Source: Escherichia phage ph0021
Sequence record: OP557970.1
Strand: one strand, 5' to 3'
Length of the DNA stretch: 64,000 nt
A program made the position numbers and the translations under genes. The first letter of the stretch is position 1, and every line of letters begins with the position of its first letter. This document shows positions 62,902-64,000 of the stretch, piece by piece. Below the pieces are notes generated by a model, which had not been told where the DNA came from, ran no database searches, and was given only the letters and a program-made list of their open reading frames with translations.

Positions 62902-63521
62902 TCAACTACCTCAATATCATAAACTTTAAATATTCCAAACGAATCGTGTAATTTTTCTTTTGAAATAGAAGTTATTTTATACTTTCCAATTGGAATCATC
63001 CATTCTTGTTCACGCACAATCATCATTAAGTTATCAGTACGCTCTGAATCTAATCCATCAGTATCTTCATACGTGTACTTAAACTCAGTATTAGGAGAAG
63101 AAAGTATAATATCGCTGATATGGTCAGAATAATTAAAAGCTTTATCAGTTTTTAAGCGAAATATTATTTCAGTGAAATACTCAACATAAGAAAAACCGCA
63201 TGCTGTGTGCAAACTAGTAGTAAATGAATCTACCCTGTTCGTTGAAAACACTTCTCCAACTTGTAAATCTTTAATAAGTTCTTCTGTTGATTTTGATATA
63301 CCACGATATAACTGATATGGTGATTTAGTTAAATGCTTTTTAATGATTTTATTCAACTGCTGATGAAGAGATTCATTCTTTTTGGCTTCCATACATTGCC
63401 AAAGAATTGACTGTTCAAAGTCAGTAAATTTTTCACAGACCTTTTTATACATATCATATTGAAAATCAACGCTTTCAGCTTTTATAGATAACTGTTCAAC
63501 ATCTGCAAGATTAATAATCAT
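62898..63521 (-). CDS. modB: ModB ADP-ribosyltransferase
   Basis: 207 aa; ART motifs (LYRGI, FSTNRV, EQEWMIP); tandem with modA. Confidence 0.8.
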   Translation of the reverse strand: MIINLADVEQLSIKAESVDFQYDMYKKVCEKFTDFEQSILWQCMEAKKNESLHQQLNKIIKKHLTKSPYQLYRGISKSTEELIKDLQVGEVFSTNRVDSFTTSLHTACGFSYVEYFTEIIFRLKTDKAFNYSDHISDIILSSPNTEFKYTYEDTDGLDSERTDNLMMIVREQEWMIPIGKYKITSISKEKLHDSFGIFKVYDIEVVE

Positions 63522-63545
63522 GATAGCCTCCGTATACTTCAGAAG

Positions 63546-63577
63546 CTATCATATCACCGTTAGAAAGGAAAGTAAAC
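63546..63577 (-). promoter_or_regulatory. T4-type early promoter for modB
   Basis: GTTTAC (63572..63577) and TATGAT -10 on minus strand. Confidence 0.5.
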
Positions 63578-63588
63578 AACTTTTTGAA

Positions 63589-63771
63589 TTATTTTGCCCA
63601 GGGAGCCCAGGGCGGAGGGTCAAGATGGTATGAAGCTAGTTCTTCTAGAAGAGCATCTGGGGCTTCAATTCCATAATTCTGTAATACTATACGGTATTCT
63701 TTCTTATAATCACTAGAATCATTCTGGTTATTCGTAGAATGATTATCTTCTAACATCTCAAATAAATCCAT
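63589..63771 (-). CDS. hypothetical protein
   Basis: 60 aa acidic ORF. Confidence 0.35.
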   Translation of the reverse strand: MDLFEMLEDNHSTNNQNDSSDYKKEYRIVLQNYGIEAPDALLEELASYHLDPPPWAPWAK

Positions 63772-63780
63772 ATTAATTCC

Positions 63781-64000
63781 TAGCGATAAAAACCAAATTG
63801 ACGATTAGCTTCAATAATCTTTCTTTCTTCTTCGGACATTCTCCAGCGTAGTCCAACATCAAAATGGGCCCAGACCATCTTAACAAATGCATTTATGTCT
63901 TTAATATCTTCAATGATGAATGTTTTACTTTTAAAAGGCTGACTCGCTAATTTAACTTTATCATCTTCAAACAGGTCAAAAAGACCATATTCATGAGCTC
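63781..64000 (-). CDS. hypothetical protein, partial (continues beyond window end)
   Basis: Open frame on minus strand from the window edge, ending ...RKIIEANRQFGFYR at a TAG stop at 63781. Confidence 0.35.

Overview
This window is a contiguous ~64 kb segment of a T-even (T4-like, Tequatrovirus-type) Escherichia phage genome. All calls rest on reading the six-frame translations against remembered T4 proteins and motifs; no database search was run, and hand-derived coordinates for promoters, hairpins and sub-60-aa ORFs may be off by 1-3 nt. Plus-strand late genes are the baseplate genes 28 (partial), 29, 48, 54, the long tail fibre operon 34-35-36-37-38 and holin t. Minus-strand early/middle genes run alt, 30, 31, rIII, cd, pseT, spanins, alc, rnlA, denA, nrdB, nrdA, 32, 59, 33, dsbA, rnh, then asiA, arn, motA, 52, ndd, denB, rIIB, rIIA, 39, motB, dexA, dda, srd, modA, modB. 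The minus strand carries many T4-type early promoters (GTTTAC -35 with TATAAT-like -10) and UUCG/GNRA-loop hairpins; TATAAATA late promoters precede genes 34, 36 and alt. It is not T4 itself: gp38 is the T2-type glycine-rich adhesin, gp37 ends in a chaperone-like tail, gene 39 is one uninterrupted 606-codon ORF and nrdB is uninterrupted. The features I would look at first are (1) two tandem, centrally diverged Alt ADP-ribosyltransferase paralogs, (2) a degraded td locus (exon 2 plus intron 3' remnant plus a chimeric ORF carrying the I-TevI C-terminal domain, with frd absent), (3) a NADAR-domain protein in the 30.x cluster, (4) two homing-endonuclease ORFs, (5) tandem MotB paralogs, (6) a cluster of tiny membrane peptides each behind its own promoter, and (7) dispersed near-identical promoter-leader cassettes. 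Most of the window is well-known T4 biology; I found no tRNA, CRISPR or integrase signal.
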